Origin: Octopus sinensis
Lineage: Eukaryota
Direction of reading: 5' to 3'
NCBI RefSeq assembly: GCF_006345805.1
Contig: NC_043021.1
Span: 17,794,001 to 17,858,000, forward strand
Length of the DNA: 64,000 nucleotides
Each line of letters opens with the position of its first letter. The first letter of the stretch is position 1. Positions 27,184 to 41,831 of this stretch are shown piece by piece. Position numbers and translations under genes: made by a program. A model generated the notes under the pieces. The model ran no database searches. It had not been told where the DNA came from and saw nothing but the letters and a program-made list of their open reading frames with translations.

Positions 27184-29651
27184 ATATAGCTGATTTAATC
27201 CAGTCCAGCATTTCACTAGTGCAGCATGTTATCTCAAAGAAATAAATATTTGAAGTTGATTTCTGCAGATGATTTATTGTGAAAACAAAACGTTGTCTGT
27301 CTGTTACACATCTAAATAGTGAAGCCATATAATATATTGTAGTGGCACATTTAATATACTTTGTCAACATATTTTGGTGCTGCCAATGATTGGACCCTTT
27401 TGTTTTTGTTTTTATTTAAACTTTGGAGATTGTGCAGATTCTTAGAGTGAATCCCTCCTTTAGATTTCAAAATTGCTATAAACCCCCAATGAGAGATCAT
27501 TATAGGATCCTCATAGAAAAGAATACCTGATATTTAAGGGGGAGGAAAAACAAAAAACACAAAGCTGATAGCAACTTCACAAAATTCATTTTTGAATTTT
27601 CTGGATCACACAAGTAGACACTTCGCTTCCTAAATGCCCAAATGGACCACCACATTAACCAGACTTGCTGTTAAGGCTGTTGTCATTTGGTCAAATGAAA
27701 AATACCCCATTTTTACATAGGCCTTAACCATTTTATGTCATATAAGCAAAAAGAAAAAAATGCTACAAGCCAGTAAAGATACCTCTACATCTATGATTAT
27801 TGCCAAACTTTTCCATGCACCTCACCCTTAAAGAACATTTGATTAATTTCCACACCCTCTAACAAAAGTAATATCACATAAGTGAAATATTTATTATTCT
27901 AATAACTCTTTTTTTAATTTTAAACAAACCACAAATGGTACTGTGGAATAATAAGCTTTTGATGTGATTAAGAGAATGAAGTTAATTTTAAGAATAAATA
28001 AGTTAAAATTTTTATTCTGAAAAGCAATTTCAATAAAGTACATGTAACCCTACCCCCCTTGTTGCATCATCTGAAATGCTATCTCAAACCCCAGGTGGGC
28101 TTTACATGATTGCTCACTTTGCTAGAAATAACAATCACATTTTCTTCAAATTACATCCTACTATCATATATATATAAGTGGGGGGGGGGATGCATAAGAA
28201 AATGTTAAGAATTAATATTTCTGCTTGGTCAGGGTTGAACTAGGGTCAAATGAGTAAAACATTAAATATTTCACCATATCCACAACAATAGAATTACTAT
28301 CATTTTTGTGGTTGGTTTAATTAGTAGAACCTCCTGTCCTTGTAAATAAAATGAAGCCACAAGAGAAATGTCTAAGAAGCAATAATATTTTATATATATA
28401 TATATATATCTGAAATTCTAATAAAAAAAGAAAAACAACAAATATCAAACTGCTCCACATAATTTTACCTTATCCACCACATCCATAGACTTACACTGCA
28501 CCATTCCACACTATGCTATACTAGACTTGCACAGATCCACGCCAAACCTCTACACCACACAATAACAAACTCACACCACATCATGCAACACTACAGCAGA
28601 CCAGACATATTGCTACATTTCACTGTGGTTCTGACAAACACTCCATTAGACCAGAGAAAGGTAAATCAATAAAATATCTAAGTCAACTTATTGAAACATT
28701 TCATTGGTAGTTTGAATGAGGGGGTGGGGGGAGTGAAGGGTGAGTGAGAGAGAAAGAGAGAGATGGGAAATCATCTTATTTAGCCTGAAAGGACGGCTGT
28801 ACCCGGGGAGTTTAGCTGGAAGAGATGGCGGGGAGGACAGGTAATGGGAGAGGAAATAGAGATACAATTATGAAGAATGTATCTTGCACTAACATAGAAA
28901 TTCAGAATGTTTTATTGTGTTTTGAAAGAGAAATGTTAATTCATCTGAAAAGCCTACATAAGAATGTAAAATACACACACACAGACACAGGTAGGTAGGT
29001 AGGTGTGTGTATGTGTGTGTGTCACAAATCTTCATTTTTCTTTAACATGTACTTACAAGTAAGAATAGACGAGACTTGTTCACTATCACAACCACCACCA
29101 TTTGAATTCCTGGCACTTATGTTAATCAAACAGGAAAGAATAATGGACTAAATTGACTATAACAAGAATTTAACAGTAAATGACTAACAAGAATAAAGAA
29201 TAAAGCCCATTGCTTTAAAGATCGACAAATTGTAAACAGCTGAAATGAGTTGATGCTTGTTTAAATATAATTTCCTGGACTAATTAACCTCATCTTTACA
29301 ATGTAACAGTTATAACATTTAGTGGCTTTCAACATTTTGTAGCTCAGTGGCCCATTCTACCAAATGGCGCTAATGCCCCTGTCCTTCACCAGTTCATGTG
29401 CTGAAGTTATTTTAATCAAACAAAAGCTCCCAATCGTGTGCAGTGGTTTTATTACCTATATTGTCTCATATTACACGATCACAATATATACCTCTTTTTA
29501 AGTATTCACAAGTACCAGTGTCCTCTATACTAAATTTGTATCGGAATTACTGAAGAAGGCTGGGACTTACATAATTGTTTTTGACTCTGACACAATGCCA
29601 ACAATTTTGAGGGGAGGGGGCAAGTTGATTACATCAACCCCAGTGTTCAAC

Positions 29652-29960
29652 TGGTATTTCTTTTATCCACCCCAAAAGAATAAAAGGTAAAGCTGACTTT
29701 GGTGACATATGAACTCAGAATGTGAAGAGCCAAAAGAAATACCACTAGGCATTTGGTATTTCTTTTATCCACCCCAAAAGAATAAACGGTAAAGCTGACT
29801 TTGGTGACATATGAACTCAGAATGTGAAGAGCCAAAAGAAATACCACTAGGCATTTGGTATTTCTTTTATCCACCCCAAAAGAATAAACGGTAAAGCTGA
29901 CTTTGGTGACATATGAACTCAGAATGTGAAGAGCCAAAAGAAATACCACTAGGCATTTGG
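29652..29960. repeat. 102-bp unit triplicated in tandem inside a SINE family B copy
   Basis: Units start at 29652, 29754 and 29856 and differ at one base; this produces the 34-aa-repeat ORF at 29647-29949. Confidence 0.95.
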
Positions 29961-30818
29961 CTTAACATGGTAATGATTCTGCCAGCTTGGAGTCCTTAGG
30001 GACTTATATAATGAAATTAGATTGGATCTTGGCACATCATCAACCACGTGTCTCTTCACTGATAACAACACCCAACTCATATTCTCATCTTGACAAAAAA
30101 CTTTTGTTTCTTGAGAACACATTTTAAATAGAATACTGTACCTGGTTTAAATATTTTATTTCTGAGAAAACCCACAACCCCCAACCCTAAAAACCTCAAA
30201 GCCCCTTGCTCCCCAGCACTCATTAATCCATTATGAGCTCATAACAGTCAATTATACTTCCCTAGATTTAATCTGCTTCCTCAAATATCTTACTCCCAGA
30301 CTTGTGTGTGGTCCCATACTAGATTCCAATCAATAGCCTGTATTTCTAAAAAGGATTGTAGTGATATCTTTCTCTTTATCCACTAAGCCACTATTAATGG
30401 TACAGAAAATAAAAATGTCACCATATACATAATCAACAATAATACATCTGATTGATTGAAATGTAAGAGAGCTATGAAAATTGGATATATATGTATAATG
30501 TACAAATTAGGTTAATTACATAGGAAATTATAATTGCATTAGCATTTTGCCACCTTACTAAAGAATAACAAAATATCACCTAAAACACATGGACATAAGG
30601 ACGCTTTGATTGGTATGGGACCATGAGTTGCTAGCACACTGTTAGGCCCCAAGTTACAAGCACAACCTTAGAGCCATATATATATATATATATAAACTGA
30701 ACAGATTTACTAATTTAGCCACAAGTTGATGGTGGATCTATCAAGGTGCCAGAAACAGTAATCAAATTTCCCTCAGATCACTCCAAATCGTATTAAGACA
30801 CAAAAAAAAAACAGGATG

Positions 30819-31037
30819 CAGTGGTTATCAACTGGGGTTCAAATCAGATTTTGTTGTTAAAGTTTATCTACAAAAAATTGGTAAACAATTTTTTTTTTTT
30901 TAAATACAATTCCAATTATTATTTATTCATTAAAATATATGATTTTTTTTTTTTAACATTGAATGGCTAGAAAGATCCATCCAAGTAAAATAAAAATCAA
31001 TTGGGTCCATTGGAAAAAAACTGGTTGAGAAACACTG
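30819..31037. mobile_element. hAT-like MITE
   Basis: Imperfect TIRs cagtggttatcaact...ggttgagaaacactg. Confidence 0.6.
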
Positions 31038-31724
31038 CTTTAGACAAAGTATGGTGAAGAATAGGATTGTCATAGCTGGTCGTAGTCAATGATCAGAAAC
31101 GACCAAACACTAACTAACTTAACCAATGACCTCAAGTTCCTTAGGCTATAGCATAACACACTTGCCTGTACTAAAGCAACTCCAATATTCTTTTCTACTC
31201 TAGGCATAAGGCCTGAAATTTTGGGGGAGGGGGCCAGTTGATTAGATCAACCCCAGTACACAACTGGTACTTAATTTATTAACCCTGAGAGGAAACCAAC
31301 TTCAATATTAAAGTTATTAAAAAAAAAAACATGATTGGATAGAGAAGTAAATTAAACAAACAGTGTTCTTGTTATTGTGAGGGCTATCTTATGGTTAATG
31401 TTGCCTGGCCTTGTGGTTACAGCATTAAAATTCACAATCATGAGATCATGATTTCCATTCCTGAAGCAGACTGGCACATTGTGTTCATGACCAAAACACT
31501 TCATTTCACACAGCCCCAGTCCACTCAGCTGTAAATGAGTTCCAGCAATAGCTAGAAGTTAATGTTGTAGTGGACTGGTATTCCATTCAGGAGGTAGAGT
31601 TGTAATCTCAATCACTTATACACTGTGAAAATTGGGTTAATCATTGGCCTTATGAGTTTTAGGGCTCAGGACAGATTTATGTCTAAGTTTTTTAAGTAGA
31701 CCAGAGTTTCTCAACCAGAGTCCT

Positions 31725-32100
31725 CTTACTCTCTTTTAATTGTTTCAGTCATTTGACTGTGGCCATGCTGGAGCACCGCCTTTAGTTGAGCAAATCGACT
31801 GCAGGACTTATTCTTTGTAAGCCAAGTAATTATTCTATCGGTCTCTTTTGCCGAACCGTGGGGACGTAAACACACTAGCATCGGTTGTGAAGCGATGTTG
31901 GGACACACACACACACATATATATATATATACATATACAACAGGCTTCTTTCAGTTTCCGTCTGCCAAATCCACTACAAGGCATTGGTCAGCCTGAGGCT
32001 ATAGAAGAAGACACTTGCCCAAGGTGCCACTCAGTGGAACTGAACCCGGAACCATGTGGTTCGTAAGCAAGCTACTTACCACACAGCCACTCCTACGCCT
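31725..32100 (-). mobile_element. Full-length SINE family A
   Basis: High-identity reverse complement of 14330-14730. Confidence 0.9.
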
Positions 32101-34257
32101 ATAAAATTTTGTTAAAATTTATCAACAGAAAAATTGGTTACACTTCTACAATACAATAGTTTAACAATTCTTTAATGTAATTCCTAATAATAAGTCAAAA
32201 TAGGAATTTTTAAACATTGACTGGTTATAAGGGTCCACCAGAGTAAAATAGTAATCAAAAAGGGTCCATAGGTAAAAAAATGTTTGAGAAACACTGATGT
32301 AGATTAATAAGTTAGAAAAATGGGATGGCCAAGGTTGTCTTGGATAAATTGAAATATTAGAACAACATAGAAATGTCAAAGCAATCAGTAACCAGAACCA
32401 AAAAAGAGGATTAATGATAATAACATATTCATGAATATCTCGAGAATGTTTTGGGTAAGTGGAGTCACATGTAGATTTTAAGTGAACTTGTAGTGATTTG
32501 TTTTTCACAGATTGTTCCATTTGAAAATTGCCCAAATAATGCTATCAAGGTTCAGTATTTTCAGGACATTAGTTATACGGAAGTCACAGAGCCATTCCAC
32601 TGGCTCTCACATACCACTTAGTTCAGCTGAGTTAAAAAAAAAAAAACATGGTCCATCATGTCAGTAAACAACAAGTTGGATGGAGATGTAGCTTACGTAA
32701 GAAATCAAGATGGGTAAATGATATTAATTAAAATATCATGTGATAGGCACTGGAAGCCAAATATGTAAAACATTTGTTCTGTGAAATTTTCCTATGAGAA
32801 GAAATTATTCTAACTGAACATCACTTGAGGAATCAGTAAACAATTGTGAAGGAGCTAAACTATAGAGGTTAGAAGTGAAATAGCTACAGTGTAGATGAGA
32901 TGTGAGAGCAACACAAGTGGTTAAATTGAGAAATGCCCTACAACAGTAGTGCTATGCATAGAGTGAAGGCTGATATACTAGATGGCTTTCAAAGAGGTTT
33001 TGAATGTCATGTTAAATGAGGTTAAGATATACTGCTTATATCATCAGGAGAGGTGGAGGAGGAAGTGGAGAAGAAACGTGGGAGGGGAGTGACGTTATTT
33101 TAAGTGTGAAGGGTGTGATAGTTAAGATTGGTTATGGATAAAGATGAGGAGGTGGCTTTAAAAAAAAAGACAATCAGAAAAGATAAAACTTGCAAGCCAA
33201 GGTGGTAGGAGGAAGCTTAAATGATTTGAAGGATTGTAATTAACAAGCAAAGAACTGATTAGCAAATTATAAAATGAAAAAATACATTTTAGCAAAGAAA
33301 CCGACGGTGTGTGAAAATAGCTATTCCATAATAAGTATTAAAGTCACTCAAGTTTAAAACCACTCAAGGGAATCTTCTTTTCGTTTTATGTGAGAAAATG
33401 TTTAAAAACTAAAATGCTGGAGCAGTTAAAATACTGGAGACACGATGATGTTAATAAGAAAATTCAGGTCAATTATTAATTCCCTCCACAAACACACAAT
33501 GAAGGCACATGGTGAAAGAAGGAGGCATTTTATGTGCACACCAAACAGCATTATTTAATGACAAGTATGAAATTACAAATACATAACAGTATTCGCACAA
33601 TATGTTTTAATACAATCAATGAGAACAGCTAATTTACAAATGAGGAAAAATTTCGAAGAAAAATTTTCAATGAGGATTTAAAAATCAATAAACAGAGATT
33701 CATCAGCACACACTGGTTCCCCATACCCACCACATCCACCACAGCAATAAGTCTTGCTGTTTGCAAAGATCATTGTTTTCTAGATGAATAATTGTCAACA
33801 TTCATGTAATCATAGCAACAAAATGGATCCGTAGGTGGCAAAGTACACTGACTATAAATAGCATTTAGAAAACCTGTTAAACAACTTCTCCAGCTCGTAC
33901 ACAGTGGGTTTAGCTAAATAACATAGAAAACAGGATTCCAGGAAATGGAATTCACTGACAAAAAAAGAAAACTTTTCCTCTAACATGGCTAAGGAAACGG
34001 ATTCTAATAAGTAATGATAATAATAATAATGATGATAGTTTATTCAATAATCCTGCCTTTATTTCAATAATAATTTTTTCTTTGTTCGAGCACAAGGCAA
34101 GCAATTTCAAAAAGTAGGGGGACTAATTAAGTCAATCTCAACATTTGACCAATACCCCCCACCCACTCCCGCGAGAAACTAAAAGCTGTTGAACCTGGCT
34201 GGGATTGAAATCAGAATGTAAACAGCTGGAAGAAATGCTACTACTGTAAGTTCACAA

Positions 34258-34343
34258 TAGTAGTAATAATAATAATAGTAGTAGTAGTAGTAGTAGTAGT
34301 GGCAGTAGTAGTAGTGGTAGTAGTGGTGGTAGTAGTAGTAGTC

Positions 34344-34386
<43 letters not shown>

Positions 34387-34390
34387 CAGT

Positions 34391-34426
<36 letters not shown>
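34258..34426. repeat. Compound trinucleotide microsatellite (TAA)n-(TAG/TGG)n-(CAG)n
   Basis: Direct reading; it explains the poly-Thr/Ala and poly-Val ORFs. Confidence 0.95.
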
Positions 34427-34427
<1 letters not shown>

Positions 34428-35310
34428 AAAGCTAACACCATTAACGCACTACATAAAAGAAACTTTGAGACTTTGCAAATTCTATTCCCTCACTAAAAAC
34501 TAAAGATAAAAATCATACTTTACAATTGTCGGAGTAAAAATAACAGAACATGCAGTAAGATTATTAACAACAACAACAACAATAATAACCCTAAAATATT
34601 TGTTGCCACCTTACACCATAAATACTTAGTATTCTGTAACCTTCCGAAATGTATTCAGGAAGAAATGCAAACATTTCCTGCTCTAATGGCATTTGTTAAA
34701 GCTAAACAGCAGACAACATGTGTGTGCATGTGTGTGTGTGTGTGTGTGTGTGTGCGTGCGTGTGTGTGTATCTATATATGTATGTATAATCAGTGTACAG
34801 TTTAGAAGTGTGCTGAAAGTATTGCTCTCTGCTAATATAGACAAGATAGAATCTTAACAGATGACTGTTCTAGAAGATCACTAAAACAATGAGTCACTCT
34901 ACTAGGTCATTAGAAAACCATTGCCATGGTTTACAAGAGCCATTATGTCTGCCTACTCCAGGCTGTATAGACATAAAACTGCACAAGAAAGATCACATGA
35001 CAAATAGATCAAATTATTTTTGTGCAGAAATATAGTTAGGAGAGAAAATGCCAAGTAAATTCAGAGAATAGATTGGCCAAATTTAAACTGTCGTAGACTT
35101 CCAGAAGCCACACATCATCTGCAGAAATATAGAAATATTAATTCAGCTAATTTGTTGATGTCTGTAGAAATTAATTAATTAATTATAATAATAAACTAAA
35201 TTTTATACAATAGGCTAGATGTTATACTAAAAATGATCAACAGTTATTGACTCCTTTCACACAGATGAGGAGAACCAAACATTACAAAGAGACACATAAA
35301 AGATGTGCTC

Positions 35311-35575
35311 TTAACCCTTTTTGATGTGCACGGACAGGATGCTGAATGCACTTTTGCCGGAGGACAAAAAGCCTAACAGACATAAAGCCAAATGGACACA
35401 ATGATAAAAAATAAAACATTCCCACCTACATAGTTTAATGACCAATTCTGTCTGTCAAATGGTCATATTGTAGGAATAAAATGATTATCATGCATTTTAA
35501 TTTTTGTATGTCTTTTTGGCATCCATTTGACTTCTTGACCTTCTGCAAAAGTGCATTTGGCATCCCATCCGTGTT
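35311..35575. mobile_element. MITE-like element with subterminal inverted repeats
   Basis: Begins ttaacccttt; cggacaggatgctgaatgcacttttgccggagg (about 35330) is an inverted match to ccttctgcaaaagtgcatttggcatcccatccg (about 35540). Confidence 0.55.
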
Positions 35576-35676
35576 CCCTTTTTGACATTAAACAGCCCAA
35601 GATCACTCCTGGTTTTATGGCAAAGACTTCCCGTTTTAAAGCCATCTAAATTAAAACTTCCTATAAAGATTTCATG

Positions 35677-35907
35677 TTACCCTTTCGTTACTGTATTTAT
35701 TTTGAGATGCTCTGTGTTTCTTTCAATTATTTTAAATATAACAAAGAATTTAGTAAAATTATTTAGTTATCATTAAGTTAGTGTTGGGAACATAAATTGT
35801 GACTAAGGTTTTTTAGTGGAAGATTTTAATTCAAAACTTATGAAAACAAGACATTTGTACTACAGAGCCAGAACCGGTTTCAGCCAGGTTGGTAACGAAA
35901 GGGTTAA
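35677..35907. mobile_element. piggyBac-like MITE, family 1
   Basis: ccctttcgtta...taacgaaaggg-TTAA; homologous to 9357 and 21309. Confidence 0.8.
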
Positions 35908-38123
35908 TATATGCTCCAAATATGAAGTGGTGAGCTGACAGAATCATTAGCACACTGGGCAACATGGTTAGCAGCATTTCGTCCCTCTTCATGCTAGAGT
36001 TCAAATTCTACCCGAGTCAATAAAATAAGTACCAGTTGAGTATTGGGGTTGACATGATTGATTTACCCCCTCCCCCAAAATTATTGGCCTTGTGTCAAAA
36101 TCTGAAACCAGTATATGTTACAAACACCAGCTGAATAATGGATAAAGCCATTTTAATATATTCTTCATCATTTTTAAAATTAACTGAGACAGAAGAATAT
36201 GGTGACAAAAGGACAGTTCTTGTTTATCACTGAAGAAATTTGTTGCATTTAATTTCTCGTTGTCAGTACAATAATGAGAACAGCAGATGTCAAAGAGCAC
36301 ACAACAAGGAAACAACACTGCAGTGTGAAGCACCATGCCTCTCTAATGACGTTAATGTTCCAATTTATGTACACTCACAAACACATAAGGCTAACATAAA
36401 AATCAGTGGAAGGTTTTGAAGAAAAAAAAAAAGAAAGAAAAGTTTGCAGAGAGGTCATTGGGGCAAAAGAAGAGGGGGGGGACTACTATATCATCACCAC
36501 CACCTTTTTCAGAAATACAGCAGGGAAAAAAAAAAAAAAAAGAGAAAACAATGTCAACACAGAGTAGTAGCAGTGCAAGTAGTAATAAATCTGTTGGAGA
36601 TAAATAGACTGCACATAAATAGTACTTGAGAAACTATCTCACCCTCATAAATTTGACATAAATATATTTAAAACAGCAAAACTTTAAACAGAAGCAGTCC
36701 ACCAGCAGCTTATTGCTGCAAGACTGTGGTTGTTTGTTCACTAAAAATAGCAACTAAATCTCACACCAATCCAGAGTTTGTGGTTTTCAAAAAAAAAAGA
36801 AAGAAAAAAGAAGGAAAAAAAGGACATACTTGATACACTTGTCTGAATAAAACCAAAAGAGATGGTCACAGCTGCTCGATATTAGAGTTGATATTAAGCT
36901 AAGCAACAACAGAAGTTGTTCATAAAGTTTGCAGTGTCATGCTAACTCTACCTGAGAAATAACTCCATTTAAATACTCAGCATTTACACAGCAATAAACA
37001 TGAGAAGGTATGTGGGGTTCCATTTATTCAGTAACTGAAACATTCAATCACCCAAATCGACACTACACACACACTTTCATTTATTCCAATGTCCATTATT
37101 TCCTGGAGGCAAAGCTTTCGAGAATTTTAGTCAAACAGATCAACCCAAGTACTTAAGTCTAGTATTTATTTTATCAGTCACTTTTTGCTAAATTGCTAAG
37201 TTACAGATACATAGCGGTTGGTCAAGTGAAGAGGTAGGGGGAAAACACAGGTGCTGGCCTGGAGCAAATAGTAGAAGATACTTGCCCAAAGTGCCACACT
37301 GGGATCGAACCCAAGACTAATGTGATTGCAAAGTGAGTTTCTTAGCATATGACCATGCCTGCTAGCCTAAGTTACATGAATATATACTGTTGATGTAATG
37401 GTTTAGATGCCCTTCCTGCAATAAACAATACGGCCATCTCTTTTCCTCCTCCATCTTCCATATTATGCCTCGCCTCTCACGCTCTGCCCTAACTACTATT
37501 CCCAAATTTCCTTCCATCAGTCTCAATTTTCTGGAATTCTTTCCTCACATACTGATTTAAATATGTTTAAGCTGTACTGTGGAAGATCCATGAAACTTGT
37601 AGGTCCTACTTCTTCTTCCTTTTGAGTGAACCCTTAAAAAAAATAATGGTACTGCATCAAGTAATCAAACAAGGTTCCAAATTTAAAACTAAAATCCCAA
37701 GGGAAGTCAGTTATAATGCAAATTCTCCAACTCCTCTCCCATGAAATTCAAACAATTTCATTCTGATAAACTCATTTGTTTTCTTCTATAAAAACAAAAT
37801 GTTGAAAGTGTTATCTAGATAGAAATTGCTTCAAAGTAGATAAATAGTTGTTAAATAAATTAGATAAAAAGCCCTTATTTAATTAGTTACATAAATAACA
37901 CACATCTATCTTCAGTGGAGATTTGAAGATTAATATTTTCAAAGTCTTTGTAACCAGCAGATTCATTGCTAATGTCATTAGAATTCATCAAAAGAGTATC
38001 ATTCGTCTTTCCTTTCAGAACATTAATTCAAAGAAGCCAGTAATCATCTTGCACTCACAATCATTTTGGTATCACAATCATTGACTGAAATAAAATTTTT
38101 ATTTAAAAAAAATAATAAACTAA

Positions 38124-38214
38124 TGCTTTTTGATAGCAAAGAGGTATTTATCAAACTGTTTAAATTTGTGCTTTTTGGTAGCAAAGAGGTATTTATCAAA
38201 CTGTTTAAATTTGT
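38124..38214. repeat. 45-bp direct tandem duplication
   Basis: tgctttttg(a/g)tagcaaagaggtatttatcaaactgtttaaatttg occurs twice (38124, 38169). Confidence 0.9.
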
Positions 38215-40739
38215 ATAAATTGAACGAATTAAATTAACAGAAATACTATTGTTCCATAACAGCAAATTGGTTGTTTATTTAATTTCAAGAATAACAGTCC
38301 TTAAGATATTTTTATTCACTATACTTAGATTTATTAACCTACATTCTGAATTATTAATACTATTCTTTAAGAGGTACTTAAAAGTTATATTTACATACAC
38401 ACACACACTAAAGTTAAACATTCAACCTTCTTATATTTTTAACTCTGTAGCTATTTACTTAGCTTCAAATTAATGGAATTATTTACTGTAGAATCATTAG
38501 CTTTGTATAAGTAATATTAAATAAAAACCAGTTATCAGTGTCACTTAATTTCACCTCCAACAAAAATGTTGGCAAGTTTTGCAATTATCCTTTCAAAAAT
38601 ACCCTTAAAATTTCGAAATTGTTCTTTTGAATCCTTTTCTCCTAATGGAGGTCAGAAACTCTCAAAAAGATCTAATAGGTAATCAGACACCCTAAATATT
38701 ATACAATTATCAAGATTGTTTTTATTGCTTATGTACATCTCATATTCAAGGTCTTGTTTTACATACAGGTAATATAAAATTAGTTGATTTATTTTATTTA
38801 ATTATTGAGAATCTGTAAAATGTGAAACTTGGACCCACAGTTTGTGAAACTTCAATTTAAGATAAATATTATAGGACTCTACTTCGTTGTAGCGAAGTTT
38901 TTTCCCCAGGATTCTTTACACAGTATGTGGAGGCAGGGATTACATGCATGCACTAGATTCCAGTTTTAAAATAGGTATACCACATCCTATGTGTCACAAG
39001 AAGTGATTAAAAGGGTTGAGATTAGAAAGGGTATCCAACCATAAGACAGTGCCTCAAAATGTCCAGTCCAACCCATGCCAGCATGGAAAAGTAGATGTGA
39101 TGATTATGACAATGATGATCGTGATAATACAGGTTAGTCTAAATACATGTTTACATATATATAATTTATAAAGTATACACACATTTCAATTCCACGTCTA
39201 GCAGCATTTTATTAAATGATACTCTAATTAATCCTTATCTACATAAATAACAAGTACAATCCATACATGACACACACTTTTCTCCACGACAATCAGATGT
39301 GCTTTTGCATCATTGGTCATAATGTGCCTCCATTCTCCCCCACCCCACCCCCCATTTGGTCCCAAATTGTTCAATTATGTCATCTTTCCTTCATCTTGGA
39401 GATCTTCAAACTCTTTGGATGCCACTTAACAGCTGTGCAGGAGCCTTGCAACACGCCTGACCCAGCAGAAAAAAGCTTTCAGTATTCCACAATCACATAA
39501 TTCACTCCATTTAGTCAGATTATTCTGCCAAATGCAATGCTTTTCATTCACATTGTTCTTAATAAATCACATTTTGTCTCTTAGCTTCGAAATTTTGTTG
39601 ATGCAATTGTACATTCCATAATGGCATTGAAGGACAGGTGTGATAGGCTGGATCTGGCTGGTCAGAACATAAAACAGGGAGCATATTTGGGCCAGAGACA
39701 ACAGGTTTAAATGCTAAATGGTTAAAGACCAAGTATATTCAAAATACTCATCTTCTCATACAGGTGTTTGTACCTGGATGGGATGACGGTATTCTGAATG
39801 CTCCAGGTCGTTGTCTCCCAATAAAGAGAACAAACTATATCATCTTTACTACAGCCAATACACAAACACACACTCAACCTATTTGAGAAGTATTCTTCAC
39901 ATTTATGTATAATAAAGTTTTAACTGATGTCTCTCAATTGATCAGCCCTACAAAAACCAAATAAAGTCAAGTGAAGGAGAGAAGCTCCTATTTTTCTATA
40001 CTAAGATCAACTCAAATATTGAGTGGAGTTGGACAATCGAAAAAAACATGACAATAGTAGTGTGGCATGATATAAACATAGAACAATATGAAGATAGGAA
40101 ACCTAAAGCAATTTCATGTGAAATGAAGAAATAGATCATGTGTCCTTAGGCAACACACTTCATGCTCCTTGCCCATTTCATTGCCAGCCAACAAGGAAAT
40201 TTCATGATCTCACAATCAGCTATGAATAGCAGCTATATATGCCTCAAAACAACACTGAACAATCTTAAAGAGAAGAGTACCTTACATAATATAATCCCAG
40301 ATATTCCTTTAAGAAAAACGAAATGGCCATAGTTGGAACGTCTGGCTTATGTAAGTTTACATTAACACAACCCATATAACACAGTACCAGACTATGAAGA
40401 TGAAAAGGGAAGTTTCGAGTCCTTAAAAAGTGCAAAATTTGCAGTTTAAAACAGCATGGAGCCACACAAAGCCATAAAACATGAACTCTAAACACATATG
40501 GTGTGTGTGTACACTCCCGTTAACACACGTGTAATAAGTATGTGACACAATAATCATTGTATTATTGGTCTCAGCTGGAAACTGCATTTCGTGTGGCTGA
40601 CTGGTTGGCAATTAAGGGGAACAGTTCCAACTGGAAATCGAAACAAGATATTAGACACTGAAATACAGGCACAAGGAGAGAATGAGAGGGGATGTTATTA
40701 CCGACCAAAAGCCTTTGTGAGTGGGATTTGGTAGACAAA

Positions 40740-41800
40740 AACTGCAGATGTGCTGTACTTTGTGTGTGTGTTGAACATCACGGCCTTCTGCAGTTTCCGT
40801 CGACGAAATTCCTCTTTTCCTCTCACTCACACGAATGTGTGCATGCGAGAAAGAATAAAAAATTTTTATACAGACATATACGGATGCGTGCATTTTGAGA
40901 ACGATAGAGAGAGAAAAGTTGGTTTTTTTTTTTTTTACATGCATACACGTGTGCGGGGTGCGTGTGTGTAAAACGGTGCATTTTTCCACGCGTAAAAGTA
41001 ACTTTGCAGTTCGATAGACGATCGATAAAACCAGTACCGGAATGTTAATCAGTACTGGAGGCCGATTACGATTGATAAAAAAAACCGTCCTCGAAGACGG
41101 TGCCTTGGCATTACCGAAGTCGAATGACTGAATCTTAGTAGACCAGAAAACTTTTTTTTTTTTAAATCAAAAGTCACTTCACACCATTTTATTGCGGGAA
41201 TGGAAGTGTGTTGCCAAATTTTGCACTAAAACCAGATCGTGGACGTTAATTAAATCTCATTCAAAACGTGTGTCTGTGTGTGTGGAGAGAGAGATAGTTA
41301 ACCTCAATAAACGATATTATATTAAGTCATTGAATAATCCCAACGTGAGTGGGGGAAAACGTTTAGAATTTAAAAAATAATAGAGAGAATATAGTAAGTG
41401 CAACGAAAGGAGAAGCAACAGGACTTTATTCTTTTCGGTTGGTCAACAATGTCAAAGCAAACGGACATTTTCGAAAATTGATTTAATTTATAAGAGAAAG
41501 AAACCATCCCCAACTCCCGATTATGTGTTTCGACTAATTTCAGAAGAAAAGGAAGCAAACGAAATGTAACTCGATCTTGTTTCCCCTCGATCCAAAAACG
41601 CCTAGAATTTGATTGGGGAAAAATCAGATATAAATAGATTTTTTCTTTTTTCCCCCCATATTTTAATGCTGCTGCTGCTCCTGCTGCTCCTCGAGCGACG
41701 ATGTATAAACCCTTATATTTCCAAAGTGCATACAAATCATTAATTTTAAAAGGCATGCTGGAATGTGTTTCGAAAGATGTCTCGAAGACTTGCGGTGTCT

Positions 41801-41831
<31 letters not shown>

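Noticed and set aside
29647-29949. ORF with three 34-aa repeats; superficially array-like DNA
   Set aside because: Tandem triplication of SINE sequence with no spacers; neither CRISPR nor a gene.
34241-34496. Poly-Thr/Ala and poly-Val ORFs
   Set aside because: Trinucleotide microsatellite artefacts.
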